A DNA stretch of 63,901 nucleotides, filler included, from Choristocarpus tenellus KU-1152 (lineage: Eukaryota > Protista > Phaeophyceae), in the NCBI GenBank assembly GCA_964200185.2. It is 14 parts of 14 records of this genome, joined end to end, with 100 filler letters (N's around TTAATTAATTAA, not from the genome) between each part and the next. Parts side by side here need not be neighbours in the genome. Positions count along the whole stretch, not along the records: positions 61,259 to 63,901 come from CAXNAD020026018.1; 13 more parts are not named here. One strand, 5' to 3'. A program made the translations under genes and the position numbers. Within the stretch, counting starts at the first letter, position 1; each line of letters opens with the position of its first letter. This document shows positions 62,995 to 63,901 of this stretch, in pieces. The notes under the pieces are model-generated. The model did no database searches, was not told the DNA's origin, and worked only from the letters and a program-made list of their open reading frames with translations.

Positions 62995-63845
62995 TGTTGA
63001 CTAGGTGGCTGGCTTAATTGTCAATGACTTGTTTCTGTAGGCCCATAGTAATAGGTTCAAATCTCGACGGGTTGATATGTTATTGCTTAATGTAAGTGGC
63101 TGATACAGGGCGACTGACGTAGTACTAGTGACGCAGAATGAGTGACGTAGTTCGACTGACACAGACACGTTCTGACCTCTCTGCTGACGTGCGCAATAGA
63201 GAACGAGGCAGAGCACCCCCCCACCTCGAGGGATGGTGCTCACTCCACTAATAAATTCATACCACACATATAAAGCAAAAACTCTATTCGAACAGCTCTT
63301 TTTGCACAGGTTATGAGCCTCACAGGTATGGATGGAAACAGCCCACTTAAGCTGCCACTATGGAGCGGCGCACGTGGGCATACAAGGGAGAAAGAAATGG
63401 GCAGAATGGTGGATGGCGCTGGTGAGCTATGCGGGCGACAAGGGATTGTACCGCATCCTACCACCAGCATACCACATCCCTGCACCTCCTACGGCTGATA
63501 CATCGTTTGGGGAACACAGCGCGTACGATGAGTACATCAAGCATCGCGAGGCCTTGTGGTTCCTGCTGGGTCAGGCCACGAGAGGGGCTGCAGCGATGGG
63601 GGTCAGCACCTACGAAAACAACTGCAGCCCCCATAGGAGGGCAGTCTGGCTCAAGTTGGAGCAGATCTGCGGGGGGCGCGCTGCGGTGCAATGGCCCATG
63701 CTAGCTCATAGCTCTCGAGATGAAGCTATGGGACATGTACTGCTCGTTGGGGGAGAACGCTGCCGACTTCGTCATTCGTCTCGATCACGTTTGGATAAAG
63801 TACGAGCAGCTGGAGGCGGCCAAGGAGGACCACACCAAGACGGGG
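62995..63845 (+). mobile_element. Copia 5' LTR (~62995-63308), PBS (63309-63319) and frameshifted gag; same family as 43292-46196
   Basis: TGTTG..TTTGCACA, then GGTTATGAGCC, then MSLTGMDG..LPLWSGA..HTREK. The LTR left boundary is inferred. Confidence 0.85.
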
Positions 63846-63901
63846 GGGGGGGGGGGGGGGCCCCCCCGGGGGGGCCTTTGGGACCAAAACAAGAAAAAGA
63901 G

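Overview
This is eukaryotic nuclear DNA, probably from a brown alga or close stramenopile relative. That is an inference from short GT-AG introns, scattered TTAGGG motifs and an exon of the brown-algal 'DFAxVKLDAxGxExWRxQ' beta-propeller type. The window is 14 contigs joined by identical 100-nt linkers (N44-TTAATTAATTAA-N44), so adjacency across linkers is not evidence of linkage. Host genes: a spliced sedoheptulose-7-phosphate cyclase of the EEVS (ValA-like) type (104-3680, minus, 3' end outside the window); an intronless PPR gene (7002-8510); a spliced PhyH-family 2OG-Fe(II) dioxygenase (14018-~18105, 5' end missing); and isolated exons of two further genes. Most of the rest is decayed transposable elements: a full-length Stowaway-type mariner, several Copia and Gypsy LTR elements and LINE RT remnants. 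It also holds about 29 copies or ends of two sister MITE families with G(A/G)N(C/G)AAAGYATCT termini. Best leads: (1) a ~230-bp AT-rich fragment resembling a bacterial (Rickettsiales-like) conjugative TraA/primase Toprim domain, inside an intron of the cyclase gene; (2) a very abundant MITE lineage whose target-site duplications are 3 bp at some sites and 4 bp at others, with termini I cannot fit cleanly to a known superfamily; (3) the EEVS gene itself, with a long N-terminal extension; (4) Copia elements apparently primed by a tRNA-iMet half, with the gag ATG inside the primer-binding site. All family assignments come from motif recognition by eye; no database searches were run.
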